Shown in pieces: positions 9,037 through 19,157 of a stretch of DNA of 64,000 bases. The translations under genes and the position numbers were made by a program. Origin of the DNA: a virus. Within the stretch, counting starts at the first letter, position 1; each line of letters opens with the position of its first letter. A model generated the notes under the pieces. The model saw only the letters and a list, made by a program, of their open reading frames with translations, was not told the DNA's origin and did no database searches. Location of the stretch: positions 32,001-96,000 of IMG/VR virus record IMGVR_UViG_3300002835_000030. One strand, 5' to 3'.

Positions 9037-12000
9037 ATGCCTGCATCCGTAGAAGAAATAAGAGAATATTTAGAAGGATATGATGAACAAAAATATATTG
9101 TGGGGATTGAATCTTCTTACAGAGACAACAAAATTCATTTAATAGTTCACGACCCTGAGAATGGTAAATCTATTGAAAAACATAGACTTAAACCATTCCT
9201 ATGGATGAAATCGCCAGATATGACTATATTTTATGGTGGTGATAGGAGAACATTAAAAAGTAAAATGAGGGAATATAAAATTAAATTTATTCCTTTATCT
9301 ACTGAAGATGAAAATGGTGAGAATGTTTCTCGTTTAGAAAACGGATATAAATTTTTAGTACAATGTAGAGGTACGTATGGTGACTTACTTAACTTCTTTA
9401 AAGAGGGGGGTATGGGTGTTTACGATGAAGAATACAGAAGTAATTTCTTAGCGATAAGCCCTACAGAACAATTTTTAATACAAACAGGTAAAAGATTGTT
9501 TAAGGGTATGGAAGATTATAATGAAGTTCACAGACTTTCATTTGACTTAGAAACAACTGGTTTAGATCCTCACGTATGTAGAATATTTCAGATAGGTGTA
9601 AAAGACAATAGAGGATTTCAACACGTACTTTCAATAGACGGTAATGATGATGAATCCTTAGACGATAGAGAATCTGAGGCAATAGTCACATTTTTTAAAA
9701 TTATTAATCACCTAAAACCATCAATTATATCAGGTTATAACTCTGAAAACTTTGACTGGTATTTCTTTGTTGTTAGATGTGAGAAGTTAGGTATTAATAT
9801 AGAAAAGATTGCAAAGACATTGGGTCCAATACCATTTTATAGAAAGAAACAAACACTTAAGATGGGACCTGAGATGGAATACTATGAACAAACACATATG
9901 TGGGGTTATAACATTATGGATGTTTATCACGCAGTTCGTAGGGCACAGGCAATCAATTCGTCTATAAAACAGGCGGGTCTAAAATATATTACAAAATATT
10001 CTAATGCCGCCAAACCTAATCGAGTATACGTACAAGGTGATAAAATAGGTAAAACATACGCAGATAAAGAAAATGATTACTGGTTAAATGAAGAAAATGG
10101 TGAGTGGGGTATAATAAAAGATAATGTCTTACCTGAAGGTATTACTAAACTAAAAGGGTGTGATATCGTAGAAAGATATCTAATAGACGATTTATGGGAA
10201 ACTGAAAAGGTAGATGATATCTTTAATCAGGCAACATATCTTTTATCTAAGGTATTACCTACATCATTTATGAGATCATCCACTATGGGTACTGCGGCAA
10301 CTTGGAAATTACTGATGTTGGGTTGGTATTATAAGAATGGTGTTGCAATCCCTCATACATTAGATAATAGAAGATTTATCGGTGGATTATCAAAACTATT
10401 AGAAGTAGGATATAGTCAAAATGTTGTTAAATTTGACTTTGCGTCACTATACCCATCAATTCAATTAACACATAATGTTTTTACTGATTGTGATGTTATG
10501 GGGGCAATGAGAGGATTATTACAATACAACTACGACTATCGTAACAAATATAAAGAACTTAAAAACGAATATGCGGAAAAGGGAGATAAAGAGAAATCAG
10601 AATATTACGATAAAAAACAATTACCATTAAAGATTCTTAACAATGGTATGTTCGGTTCTATATCTGCACCAAACGTATTCCCATGGGGTGACACAGATAT
10701 GGGTGAAAAAATTACTTGTAGTGCGAGACAATATCTTAGACATATGATACGTTTTTTCAATTCTAAGGGATTTAAACCGTTAGTAGGGGATTCAGTAACT
10801 TATGACACACCAATTTATGTTAGATATAAGACAGATAAACAATGTATTGATATAATACCAATATGTGACTTATTTAATGAAAATTCTGAATTTTTAGATA
10901 ATGAGAAATTAAGAGACTTTGAAGAGAAACAATTTGAGGTTTTAACTCGTAATGGTTGGAAGGAAATAAAATATGTATATCGTCATGAAACTGATAAAAA
11001 TATTCATAGAATAACTACTAAGGATAGGTTGTTAAATGTTACTGAGGATCATTCATTATTTCAAAATGGTATAGAGATAAAACCTTCTTCATTAAAAAGA
11101 ACAGATAAAATCGATATTTATGAATTACCATTCAATAATGATCCAACAATAGAAATAAATGAGGAAGTAGCATTTTTATATGGTTTTTTCTTAGGTGATG
11201 GTTCATCTATATGTTCGAGTAGAAAACAAAAATATAAATCACGTAAAACGGGTATAGTAAATTATAATAAAGGAAAAAGAAGTGATTGGAAAATTTCTAA
11301 TACGAGAATAGAATTATTAGAAAAACTACAACAAATTCTAAAAAATGAATTCTCAATAGAAGGAATTATTAAAGATTACACGAAATCATCGGGAGTATAT
11401 AATTTAGTGGTTCATAATAGTGTATTTACTAAAACTTTTTGTGAAAACTTTTACACTTCTTATAGAGAAAAGAAAATTCCAATGATAATATTGAATTCTA
11501 CAAAAGAAATAAAAATGTCATTTATAAATGGTGTTTTTAACTCTGATGGTTACGGTGATACTATTGAAACGTGTTCAGATATAGGTATGAAGTCACAAGT
11601 GGTAATGTCAGGAATTTCATTACTTTTAAAAGAATTAGATATCGAATATAAAATTAAAACCAGAAAAGATAAACAAAATTTTATTAATTTTAATCTAAAG
11701 AATGGTAATCGTAATAATTCATCTTTCATTAATAAAACTAAAAAGAAAAGTGATGAAGTATGGAAAAATGAAACTATTATAAATAAAGATAAAAATAATT
11801 ATGTTTACGACATTTCAACAGAAGACGGAACTTTTGTTTGTGGAATAGGTGGGATTATTGCACACAATACCGATGGATTTAACTTCTCAGTACCTAAAGA
11901 TGTGGATAAATATGTTTATACTTCTAATGGTAACCATAGATTTAATAAGTTAGGTAAAACCTATAAAGGTATGGGTGCGGTTGTCGCAGAATATAATGAC

Positions 12001-12951
12001 AAATATATGAAGGGTGTTATGGGGTTAGATGTAGATGAGATATGTCAAGCAACAATCAATCTCGCAAGAAAGAATTACGCAGACTTAATAGACGGTAAAG
12101 TTAAATTAGTGGGTAACTCTATTAAATCTAAGAAGATGCCAACATACATCGCAGAATTTATCGATAAGGGTATTAGTCTATTATTAGATGGTGATGGGTA
12201 TAGTTTTGTTAATGAATACTATGAAACAGTAGAAATGATTTACAATCTAGAAATACCACTATCTAAGATTGCAAATAAAGCCAGAGTTAGAATTAGTGTA
12301 GAGGATTATAAAAAGAAGATGAAGACTACTAATAAATCTGGTGGTGCAATGGCTACACAAGCACATATGGAACTTATAATTAATGAGAAGTTAAATGTAG
12401 ATTTAGGTGAAACTATTTATTATGTTAATACAGGTTCTAAAAAATCACACGGTGATGTACAAAAGAAAACACATAAAAATCCAAAATATACGGCAAAAGA
12501 TCTACAAATGCAAATCTCTTTCGATGGTAAAGTTGCAAAGGACGCAGTATTCAACGAAGAAATTATTCTTAATTGTAAATTAATTCCTAATAATATTATA
12601 GAAAACGATCCAGATGCGACAGGTGAGTATAATGTTGATAGATATTTAGATGCTTTTAATAAAAGGGTTAAACCACTATTAGTTTGTTTTGACTCTTTAG
12701 TGAGAGATGAGATTTTAATATCTAATCCTTCAGATAGAAAATACTATACGAGACAGGAATTAGAATTAACTTCAGGTCATCCATTTAAAGAAAGTGATCA
12801 AGATAAATTAAATGAACTATTAATCATCACTGATGAAGAGTTGGAATTCTGGAATAGTATCGGAGTATCCCCTACTTATATGTTCGAAGATTACGGTGTT
12901 GAAGATGAATTCTCATATGACGTAAAAACCCAAAGGACGGTAATTCAATGA
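9037..12951 (+). CDS. polB: Family B DNA polymerase with 3'-5' exonuclease, intein-containing
   Basis: ExoI FDLETTG, ExoII YNSENFD, motif A DFASLYPS, motif B K.LNNGMFG, motif C VGD|TDG split by an intein. Confidence 0.95.
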   Translation: MPASVEEIREYLEGYDEQKYIVGIESSYRDNKIHLIVHDPENGKSIEKHRLKPFLWMKSPDMTIFYGGDRRTLKSKMREYKIKFIPLSTEDENGENVSRLENGYKFLVQCRGTYGDLLNFFKEGGMGVYDEEYRSNFLAISPTEQFLIQTGKRLFKGMEDYNEVHRLSFDLETTGLDPHVCRIFQIGVKDNRGFQHVLSIDGNDDESLDDRESEAIVTFFKIINHLKPSIISGYNSENFDWYFFVVRCEKLGINIEKIAKTLGPIPFYRKKQTLKMGPEMEYYEQTHMWGYNIMDVYHAVRRAQAINSSIKQAGLKYITKYSNAAKPNRVYVQGDKIGKTYADKENDYWLNEENGEWGIIKDNVLPEGITKLKGCDIVERYLIDDLWETEKVDDIFNQATYLLSKVLPTSFMRSSTMGTAATWKLLMLGWYYKNGVAIPHTLDNRRFIGGLSKLLEVGYSQNVVKFDFASLYPSIQLTHNVFTDCDVMGAMRGLLQYNYDYRNKYKELKNEYAEKGDKEKSEYYDKKQLPLKILNNGMFGSISAPNVFPWGDTDMGEKITCSARQYLRHMIRFFNSKGFKPLVGDSVTYDTPIYVRYKTDKQCIDIIPICDLFNENSEFLDNEKLRDFEEKQFEVLTRNGWKEIKYVYRHETDKNIHRITTKDRLLNVTEDHSLFQNGIEIKPSSLKRTDKIDIYELPFNNDPTIEINEEVAFLYGFFLGDGSSICSSRKQKYKSRKTGIVNYNKGKRSDWKISNTRIELLEKLQQILKNEFSIEGIIKDYTKSSGVYNLVVHNSVFTKTFCENFYTSYREKKIPMIILNSTKEIKMSFINGVFNSDGYGDTIETCSDIGMKSQVVMSGISLLLKELDIEYKIKTRKDKQNFINFNLKNGNRNNSSFINKTKKKSDEVWKNETIINKDKNNYVYDISTEDGTFVCGIGGIIAHNTDGFNFSVPKDVDKYVYTSNGNHRFNKLGKTYKGMGAVVAEYNDKYMKGVMGLDVDEICQATINLARKNYADLIDGKVKLVGNSIKSKKMPTYIAEFIDKGISLLLDGDGYSFVNEYYETVEMIYNLEIPLSKIANKARVRISVEDYKKKMKTTNKSGGAMATQAHMELIINEKLNVDLGETIYYVNTGSKKSHGDVQKKTHKNPKYTAKDLQMQISFDGKVAKDAVFNEEIILNCKLIPNNIIENDPDATGEYNVDRYLDAFNKRVKPLLVCFDSLVRDEILISNPSDRKYYTRQELELTSGHPFKESDQDKLNELLIITDEELEFWNSIGVSPTYMFEDYGVEDEFSYDVKTQRTVIQ
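10792..11868 (+). mobile_element. Intein (359 aa) with LAGLIDADG endonuclease in polymerase motif C
   Basis: Starts SVTYDTPI, block B TEDHSL, endonuclease motifs YGFFLGDG and INGVFNSDG, ends IIAHN before Thr. Confidence 0.93.
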
Positions 12952-14058
12952 TTTATTTAGGTTTTCCGCCTCTAATGCTTTATTCTCTAATTGTTTAACA
13001 TTAGATAATCTTTCTAATCTTAAATCTAATTGTTCTAAAAGTTTAAGTTGTTCTTCTTTACCTTCATTAAGTAAACTATCGTAGTCCATAATAAGTTCTG
13101 CATCAGGTACTTTTAACGCTCCTTGAAACTTACCTCTAACCCTACCTAATGTTTCTTTAAATAAGGCAGTTAAATATCTCCTTACCCATATTCTAGTTGG
13201 TTCATTTAACTCTGAATATTGTATTTTATTTAAAGGTACATCATTAGGTAATTTAATAATGTCTGGGTTATCAGTTAAACATTGATTTCTATTATCATCT
13301 GTAACATCATAATAGTGATACCATACTTTAGTACCTGCGAGTCCAATCTGACTATTTACTAATCCTGCACCTGCGAAAGACAATCTACTTCCTGGTATAG
13401 GCATAAGATGTAATAATCTAGTTCCATTTGGTCCTGCGGTTACCTTATGACTTAATTCACTTCTAAGTAATTTAGACTTCAAACTAAAGTCTTGTGCTCT
13501 TAATAATACGTCAAATGCGGGAGCAACATAAAAACCACCATTACCTAATCCACCACCTTGTCCCCAACCTGCGTATGGGACTTGTCCAAAACCACCACCA
13601 AAACCATAATCCCCAAATCCTGCAAATGAATAGAGTGCATGATCAGTAGAGTTTGGTGTAATCCATAATACTTCATTAATCTCTCTACCTGCAGGTATTT
13701 GATATACTTGTTGGTTTTTAACTATTGACACATAATCCTTTTTAAGTTCCCAAGGACCTCTTTGTTGTAACCCCACTTGTTTAGAATATGCATATGAAAA
13801 GTTACTTTCAAAATCTAATGATCTAGTAGTTAATGCGAATGCAATATCTACTTTGTCTGCCTCCTTACCTAAAACTGAAGACCATTGATTTTCAATTAAC
13901 CAGTCTTGCACTCTTTGAGCGTAATCTTCTATTGCGGTTTCTAAAAGGGAATTCATTTGATCCCAATCCAATTCAATTTTCCTAACAGGTGCACCTAATC
14001 TATGTCTGATTTGGTTAAATAGTTCTGTTTTTAAATTATCGTTTAAAGAATTCGCCAT
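12913..14058 (-). CDS. Neck/adaptor protein (T4 gp13-like)
   Basis: IRHRLGAPVRKIEL N-terminus; WVRRY..ALFKE.LG.VRGKF.G C-terminal region. Confidence 0.75.
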   Translation of the reverse strand: MANSLNDNLKTELFNQIRHRLGAPVRKIELDWDQMNSLLETAIEDYAQRVQDWLIENQWSSVLGKEADKVDIAFALTTRSLDFESNFSYAYSKQVGLQQRGPWELKKDYVSIVKNQQVYQIPAGREINEVLWITPNSTDHALYSFAGFGDYGFGGGFGQVPYAGWGQGGGLGNGGFYVAPAFDVLLRAQDFSLKSKLLRSELSHKVTAGPNGTRLLHLMPIPGSRLSFAGAGLVNSQIGLAGTKVWYHYYDVTDDNRNQCLTDNPDIIKLPNDVPLNKIQYSELNEPTRIWVRRYLTALFKETLGRVRGKFQGALKVPDAELIMDYDSLLNEGKEEQLKLLEQLDLRLERLSNVKQLENKALEAENLNKSLNYRPLGFYVI

Positions 14059-14074
14059 ATTAATATGTTTATTT

Positions 14075-14094
14075 ATAAATATTGCAATATTTAT
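14075..14094. promoter_or_regulatory. Perfect 20-bp palindrome formed by two divergent ATATTTAT motifs
   Basis: ATAAATAT-TGCA-ATATTTAT between divergent genes starting at 14058 (-) and 14115 (+). Confidence 0.6.
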
Positions 14095-14114
14095 TAAATG
14101 TAAAATAAAAATAT

Positions 14115-14486
14115 ATGAAAGAGGAGTTGATATTAAAATTTATAACACTACAACAACAATTTAGATTATTACATTGGCAAACTAAATCACATGCACAACA
14201 TATCGCCTATGGCGATACTTACAATTCATTAGAAGATCTAATAGATACTTTTATAGAAATTTATATGGGTAAGTACGGTAGAGTGGAGTTCACTAATGGG
14301 GAAGGTAATATAACACTTTTTAATTTATCTAATTTAGATTTAAATACATTTATTAAAGATAATATAAAATGGGTGAAAAGTTTAGGGGAAAAGTTAAATC
14401 AAACTAACGATACTGATTTATTAAATGTCAAAGATGAAATTATGGCGTCATTAAATAAATTAAGATATCTATTAACTTTAAAATGA
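14115..14486 (+). CDS. Dps/ferritin-like four-helix protein (DUF5856-like)
   Basis: LLHWQTKSHAQH.A.G..Y..L..LID.FIE..MGKYGR and L.N..DEI......L.YLLTL. Confidence 0.7.
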   Translation: MKEELILKFITLQQQFRLLHWQTKSHAQHIAYGDTYNSLEDLIDTFIEIYMGKYGRVEFTNGEGNITLFNLSNLDLNTFIKDNIKWVKSLGEKLNQTNDTDLLNVKDEIMASLNKLRYLLTLK

Positions 14487-14896
14487 TGAAAAATATAATC
14501 AGAAAAATTTTAAAAGAAGAAACTAGCCATAGTTATAAAGAATTGGGTAACCCTAATGGTTTTGAGGGTACCGATGTATATGACACAAAAGATGAAATTG
14601 CTATAGGACTATCAATAAAGGCATTAAATCATTTAAATTCCGCACTTAGAGATATTGAATCTGCATTAGAAAATGTAGAAAATGAAAACATTAGACGTGT
14701 TTTGGAAAAAGTTAAATCTATGTTGATTGTAGACTATGGTATACAAGGTGCTTTCGAACAATCAATATCAAATGGTAAACGACATAATACAATAATTAAA
14801 ATGTTGAGTGATGTCATCGGTAAAAACAGTAATAACAACTGGAACTTTAATCTAAATGGTGGGCACGAACCTAAAGCCCCTGAAGGTGTTTTTTAA
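14483..14896 (+). CDS. Hypothetical protein with IRKILKEE leader
   Basis: 137 aa ORF overlapping the upstream stop codon. Confidence 0.7.
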   Translation: MMKNIIRKILKEETSHSYKELGNPNGFEGTDVYDTKDEIAIGLSIKALNHLNSALRDIESALENVENENIRRVLEKVKSMLIVDYGIQGAFEQSISNGKRHNTIIKMLSDVIGKNSNNNWNFNLNGGHEPKAPEGVF

Positions 14897-15128
14897 CTAA
14901 TTCTACCGCCTCATTTATTGTCTGAAATGATTTTTCAGGTAAAAACGCAGTTTTTTCAATTAAAATTGCCGGTAAATATTCGTTATTTACTTTCTTAGAG
15001 AATTTTTCATATAGTTCTTCGTGTTTATCAACATCTAACTCAATAAAATCAATATTATTTTCTTGTAATTGATTTTTTAAGTTGTCGCAATGTGGACATC
15101 CTTTCATTGAAAATACTTTAACTTTCAT
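14871..15128 (-). CDS. Glutaredoxin / NrdH-like redoxin
   Basis: VFSMKGCPHC CxxC motif, 85 aa, cis-Pro motif YLP. Confidence 0.85.
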   Translation of the reverse strand: MKVKVFSMKGCPHCDNLKNQLQENNIDFIELDVDKHEELYEKFSKKVNNEYLPAILIEKTAFLPEKSFQTINEAVELVKKHLQGL

Positions 15129-18100
15129 CTTCTATTTTATTTATAAATTCATTTATTATGTCATCTTCACCCATAATGGTTCCAATAATCTTTTTCTTTT
15201 CATTTAGTATATCCCATACTAAAGTATCAATAGTATTATACATTAACATATAATAAATATTAACAGTTTCCTTTTGCCCTATTCTATAACAATTATGTAC
15301 GTTATAGATACCAACCACAAAGGAATTATCATCTTCTACCGATAAATCATAAACTCTTTCTTCAGACTTTTTAGGTTTACTTATATTAATACTTTTAATT
15401 GGGTATGTTATATATCCATCTAATAGTTTTATCCTTTTATTTTTTACTTCATCTAAACTATATTCAATACTATAATTATTCTCACCTTTATTCGATAATG
15501 AAATTGGTCTACCTAAATTACAATTATATCTAATTAACTGAGATATTAATTTAATCGAAGAAGTTGTTGCTTGTTGAGTATTTTTCCTCCTATAACCATC
15601 CCCATGATAATACCCTTTTAGTAAACTATCTAATTGTTCTTCATTTAACTCATCAACCCAAATAGGTAATTGTTTTTCATATACTATCCCACCAAACCAA
15701 TCTTTAAAATTATATGCAAGCTCTTTAGAATGTATTGTACATGATTTGACATTTTTAGTATCGACATGGGTACTATGTTTTTCAATACCAAAACTTTCTT
15801 TAATAATTTTAATAATATATTCAGAAGCATCATACATTTTAGAGTTAGTGATTTTTTGACATATGTTAACGGTTGATGATTTAATGTCCGAAATAACTGT
15901 CCACCCTTCAGCAATGAAGAAACCAAAAGCATATAATAAATCATTTGTTAATTCTACTTTTTCTGGTAAGTTGACTAATCTTCCGTTAGTCTGTTCGACA
16001 TTAAAATTATTTTTAAATGTGTTAGAAACGTATGAGTTAACATTTAAATATTTTTTTCTTTCTAATGGTTGTTTAACCGATTTAATTGTTAAAAAATGAT
16101 TCCTAATATTGATGTCTTTTGCTTCTATCCACTTAAAAGAGTCTTCTTTATTATCATAGACATATAATTTATGATCTTCTGTAACGGATAATACATCATT
16201 ATAACCAAACGCATTTATATCATATCTTAATTTTTTACGTTCTAAATGGCTACTTTTACCGATAACCGGTTTAAAATTACCTTTATGTGTATATACAAAA
16301 TCACCAATATTAATATCCTCAATTACTTTATATCCATTTTCAGTTAACACCCATTGACCACCAAAAATACACCTATCTTCCGCTTGTTCGTGATTTCCAG
16401 GAACCCAATCTAATGAGTTCATAATAACAATTTCTGCCTTAGTTAGAGTTAATCCCACACCTGCCGCCTTAATTTGCCCAATAAATACTTTACAGCTATC
16501 ATCTTCTTGAAATCTATCTACAGATAATTGTTTTTGTTTATCAGACATACCACCTCTAACACATACCGCCTTATTACCGAAGTGTCTGTTAAATGCATCC
16601 ATCTCATCATTAAAGTTACAAAATATAATAACTTTTTTATTTAACTCTAACGCTTCTTCCACCTTTTCTATCGAATAGGGTACTGTTTCCATCGCAATAA
16701 AAGTCCTAAGTAATGTCATCTCCACAAGGTCTTTTGCAGGATTCCCCTTTTTCCCCTCTAAACGTCTTTTTTCTAAATAATTTTCCCAAACTGATTTATA
16801 CTCATCTACATTTTGTAATTCCAAATAAACTGGAGTTATTAACTTAGGCGGTAAATCTAAGACATCTTCTTTTTTTCTTCTTAATATTGTTCTTTTTGTT
16901 TTAGACGATAACTCATCTAAATTAGATGCCCCTTTAGTGACCCATACATATTTACCACCCTTTCTAAATCTCATACCTTCACAATAAGTTTTAGCGTAGT
17001 GAACCCAATTGTTTGTTATTGGTGAATCAATAATAGATAATAAATTATAGTAATCCATAGGTCTATTTGCGATAGGTGTGCCAGTTAATAACCATACTCT
17101 TTCACATGAAAAATTCTTAGATAAATCTTTTAATATTGCACCTCTGTTTGATTTGTGATTTTTAACATAATGCGCTTCATCTAATATTAATAGATCGGGA
17201 TTGAAGTCTGCAATTTCTCTCCTCAATTCCCACTCTTCGTATTCTTTATTTTTTTCTTTAACTGTATGGAAATTTTTGAGGATATCATAGTTAATGATTG
17301 TGAATCTCGCAGGATCCCAATAAGATCCTGTAATTATTGATACATCATCACAAAAATTTTGTACTTCCCTCATCCAATTTATTTTGAGTGATGAAGGACA
17401 AATTATTAAAACTCTTTCTGCGTTACATTCTAATGCTGCGACTATGGATTGGTATGTGTTGTGAGTTACTATACCATGTTCTGTAACATATAAGTGATCT
17501 TCTGCTGCAACTTGAATACATACCGCCTCACCCTGTTTTTCTAATTTTATATCTTTTATATATCTACCTATCTTATATTTTTTCGGTGGATTATATTCGT
17601 CAGATTTTCTTTTAAGTCTGAAAGGATTCATACCTTCAGGTAATTTTATATTAAGTCTATAGTTTATTCTACCCTTTACTATAGTACCGTCTTCTTTTTT
17701 GTAAGATCCAACCCTACTTTTTTTTCTAACAATTCCACCTAAAGAATGTACTATTTCGGCAACATCATCGGCTAATTTTTCAGACACTGTTGAGTATTCT
17801 GTCCCAGTAAAATTACCGTTTTTTGATTTCATACAGTGACCATCAGTATCCATAAGTCCTTGTAGAATAGAGAGTCTATCCTCTATTGAGGAATATTTAT
17901 AGATATCAGGAATAAATTTAGAGTATGATAATTTACCATTTAAACCTAATGATGTAATTTCTTTTTTAATGGTATTAATTAAATTGATTCTATTACCATT
18001 TTGTTCTTTACCCTCATTAATAAATTGATTAGTAAATATTTCATCAAAATCATTTCCGTCTAATAAAATTCTAATATAACCTGAATTAGATATATGGTCA

Positions 18101-19101
18101 TCACCAATGATAACACCTAACAAATATGGGTCAATAGGTAATTTATCATCATTACTAAATTGGATTGTCTTCACTATAGGTATTTGCCACTTATTTTGAC
18201 CATTATTAGTTTTATAATAAGTTTTAAATTTATAAGATCTTTTTTTATTCCACCCTTTACCATACTGTTCTAACTCTAATTTTTCATCAATCATTTGTTC
18301 AACACTTAGTGTGTGATACTTATTTTCTCTATTTTTAGAGTTTTCTCCACTATTATTACTACTTACAGTCCATAAATGTTCTTTACAACATAACGTAGAA
18401 TACCCATCATTAAATGTTACCCTATATAAATCCTTAACCCCTTGTGGGTATACCGCCTCAACTAAAGTAGGTTTTCCATCAGAACCGATAACATAATCAC
18501 CTGATTTTATATTACCTATTTTTTCTCTTCCATAGGGTGTAAATACTTCAGAATTAACACACTGGGCTTTACCTAAACCCATGTCGTCCGCCAAAATACA
18601 CTTTTTCTTCTTCATTAAGAACTTAATCCCATCCTCTTGATGTTTAAATGCCTTCCACCCTCTTTTATCTAATTTTTGATACTTATCAAAATCAATATCG
18701 ATTTCTAATTCTTCATAATGAATATCATCTAATATTTGTGTTTTAGGTATCCATAATAATTTAACATCCTTTTGGTTTTTATATAACTTACATATAACGT
18801 GTATCGCTTTCTCCGATTCCGCCAATAAAGTTTCTAGAAATATTTTTTTAGGTGTTATTTTTAATTTGTGTTCTTCTTGTAATTCTTCAGAAAAATAATT
18901 AGTTAATTCTATAACTTTATTTAATACCTTTGGTTCAAAGGTAAAATAATTTTTTACATAGTTTGACTGATTATTAGTAAGAAAATATTTTTTTTCGGTT
19001 TCTTTTTTTTTGCGCATGTAGTTAATATAAGGGTTTTTACCCTCATATGTCATAAGTAAATCTTCACTATCGAGATTTTTAATATCCTTAACATCCAACA
19101 T
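15118..19101 (-). CDS. SNF2/HARP-like helicase with two inteins (mature about 597 aa)
   Basis: LADDMGLGK|T, ICPSSL..NW, LILDEAH, LTGTP, GVGLTL, QAEDR|CYRIGQ. Confidence 0.93.
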   Translation of the reverse strand: MLDVKDIKNLDSEDLLMTYEGKNPYINYMRKKKETEKKYFLTNNQSNYVKNYFTFEPKVLNKVIELTNYFSEELQEEHKLKITPKKIFLETLLAESEKAIHVICKLYKNQKDVKLLWIPKTQILDDIHYEELEIDIDFDKYQKLDKRGWKAFKHQEDGIKFLMKKKKCILADDMGLGKAQCVNSEVFTPYGREKIGNIKSGDYVIGSDGKPTLVEAVYPQGVKDLYRVTFNDGYSTLCCKEHLWTVSSNNSGENSKNRENKYHTLSVEQMIDEKLELEQYGKGWNKKRSYKFKTYYKTNNGQNKWQIPIVKTIQFSNDDKLPIDPYLLGVIIGDDHISNSGYIRILLDGNDFDEIFTNQFINEGKEQNGNRINLINTIKKEITSLGLNGKLSYSKFIPDIYKYSSIEDRLSILQGLMDTDGHCMKSKNGNFTGTEYSTVSEKLADDVAEIVHSLGGIVRKKSRVGSYKKEDGTIVKGRINYRLNIKLPEGMNPFRLKRKSDEYNPPKKYKIGRYIKDIKLEKQGEAVCIQVAAEDHLYVTEHGIVTHNTYQSIVAALECNAERVLIICPSSLKINWMREVQNFCDDVSIITGSYWDPARFTIINYDILKNFHTVKEKNKEYEEWELRREIADFNPDLLILDEAHYVKNHKSNRGAILKDLSKNFSCERVWLLTGTPIANRPMDYYNLLSIIDSPITNNWVHYAKTYCEGMRFRKGGKYVWVTKGASNLDELSSKTKRTILRRKKEDVLDLPPKLITPVYLELQNVDEYKSVWENYLEKRRLEGKKGNPAKDLVEMTLLRTFIAMETVPYSIEKVEEALELNKKVIIFCNFNDEMDAFNRHFGNKAVCVRGGMSDKQKQLSVDRFQEDDSCKVFIGQIKAAGVGLTLTKAEIVIMNSLDWVPGNHEQAEDRCIFGGQWVLTENGYKVIEDINIGDFVYTHKGNFKPVIGKSSHLERKKLRYDINAFGYNDVLSVTEDHKLYVYDNKEDSFKWIEAKDINIRNHFLTIKSVKQPLERKKYLNVNSYVSNTFKNNFNVEQTNGRLVNLPEKVELTNDLLYAFGFFIAEGWTVISDIKSSTVNICQKITNSKMYDASEYIIKIIKESFGIEKHSTHVDTKNVKSCTIHSKELAYNFKDWFGGIVYEKQLPIWVDELNEEQLDSLLKGYYHGDGYRRKNTQQATTSSIKLISQLIRYNCNLGRPISLSNKGENNYSIEYSLDEVKNKRIKLLDGYITYPIKSINISKPKKSEERVYDLSVEDDNSFVVGIYNVHNCYRIGQKETVNIYYMLMYNTIDTLVWDILNEKKKIIGTIMGEDDIINEFINKIEDES
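15292..16371 (-). mobile_element. Class 1 intein (360 aa, Cys1) in SNF2 motif VI
   Basis: Starts CIFGGQWV, TEDH block B, FGFFIAEG and LKGYYHGDG, ends NVHN before Cys. Confidence 0.9.
17458..18567 (-). mobile_element. Class 3-type intein (370 aa, Ala1) in the SNF2 Walker A motif
   Basis: Starts AQCVNSEV; WCT signature (EHLW, AVCIQV, VTHN); LAGLIDADG motifs LGVIIGDD and LQGLMDTDG; +1 Thr. Confidence 0.9.
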
Positions 19102-19106
19102 AATTA

Positions 19107-19144
19107 CAATAATAAGGATTTTTTTCTTAAAAATAAATATTTAT
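19107..19144. promoter_or_regulatory. Divergent promoter pair: TATTATTG (-, helicase) and ATATTTAT (+, structural operon)
   Basis: CAATAATA at 19107-19114, 5 nt from the helicase ATG; ATATTTAT at 19137-19144. Confidence 0.5.
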
Positions 19145-19157
19145 CTATAAAAGATAT

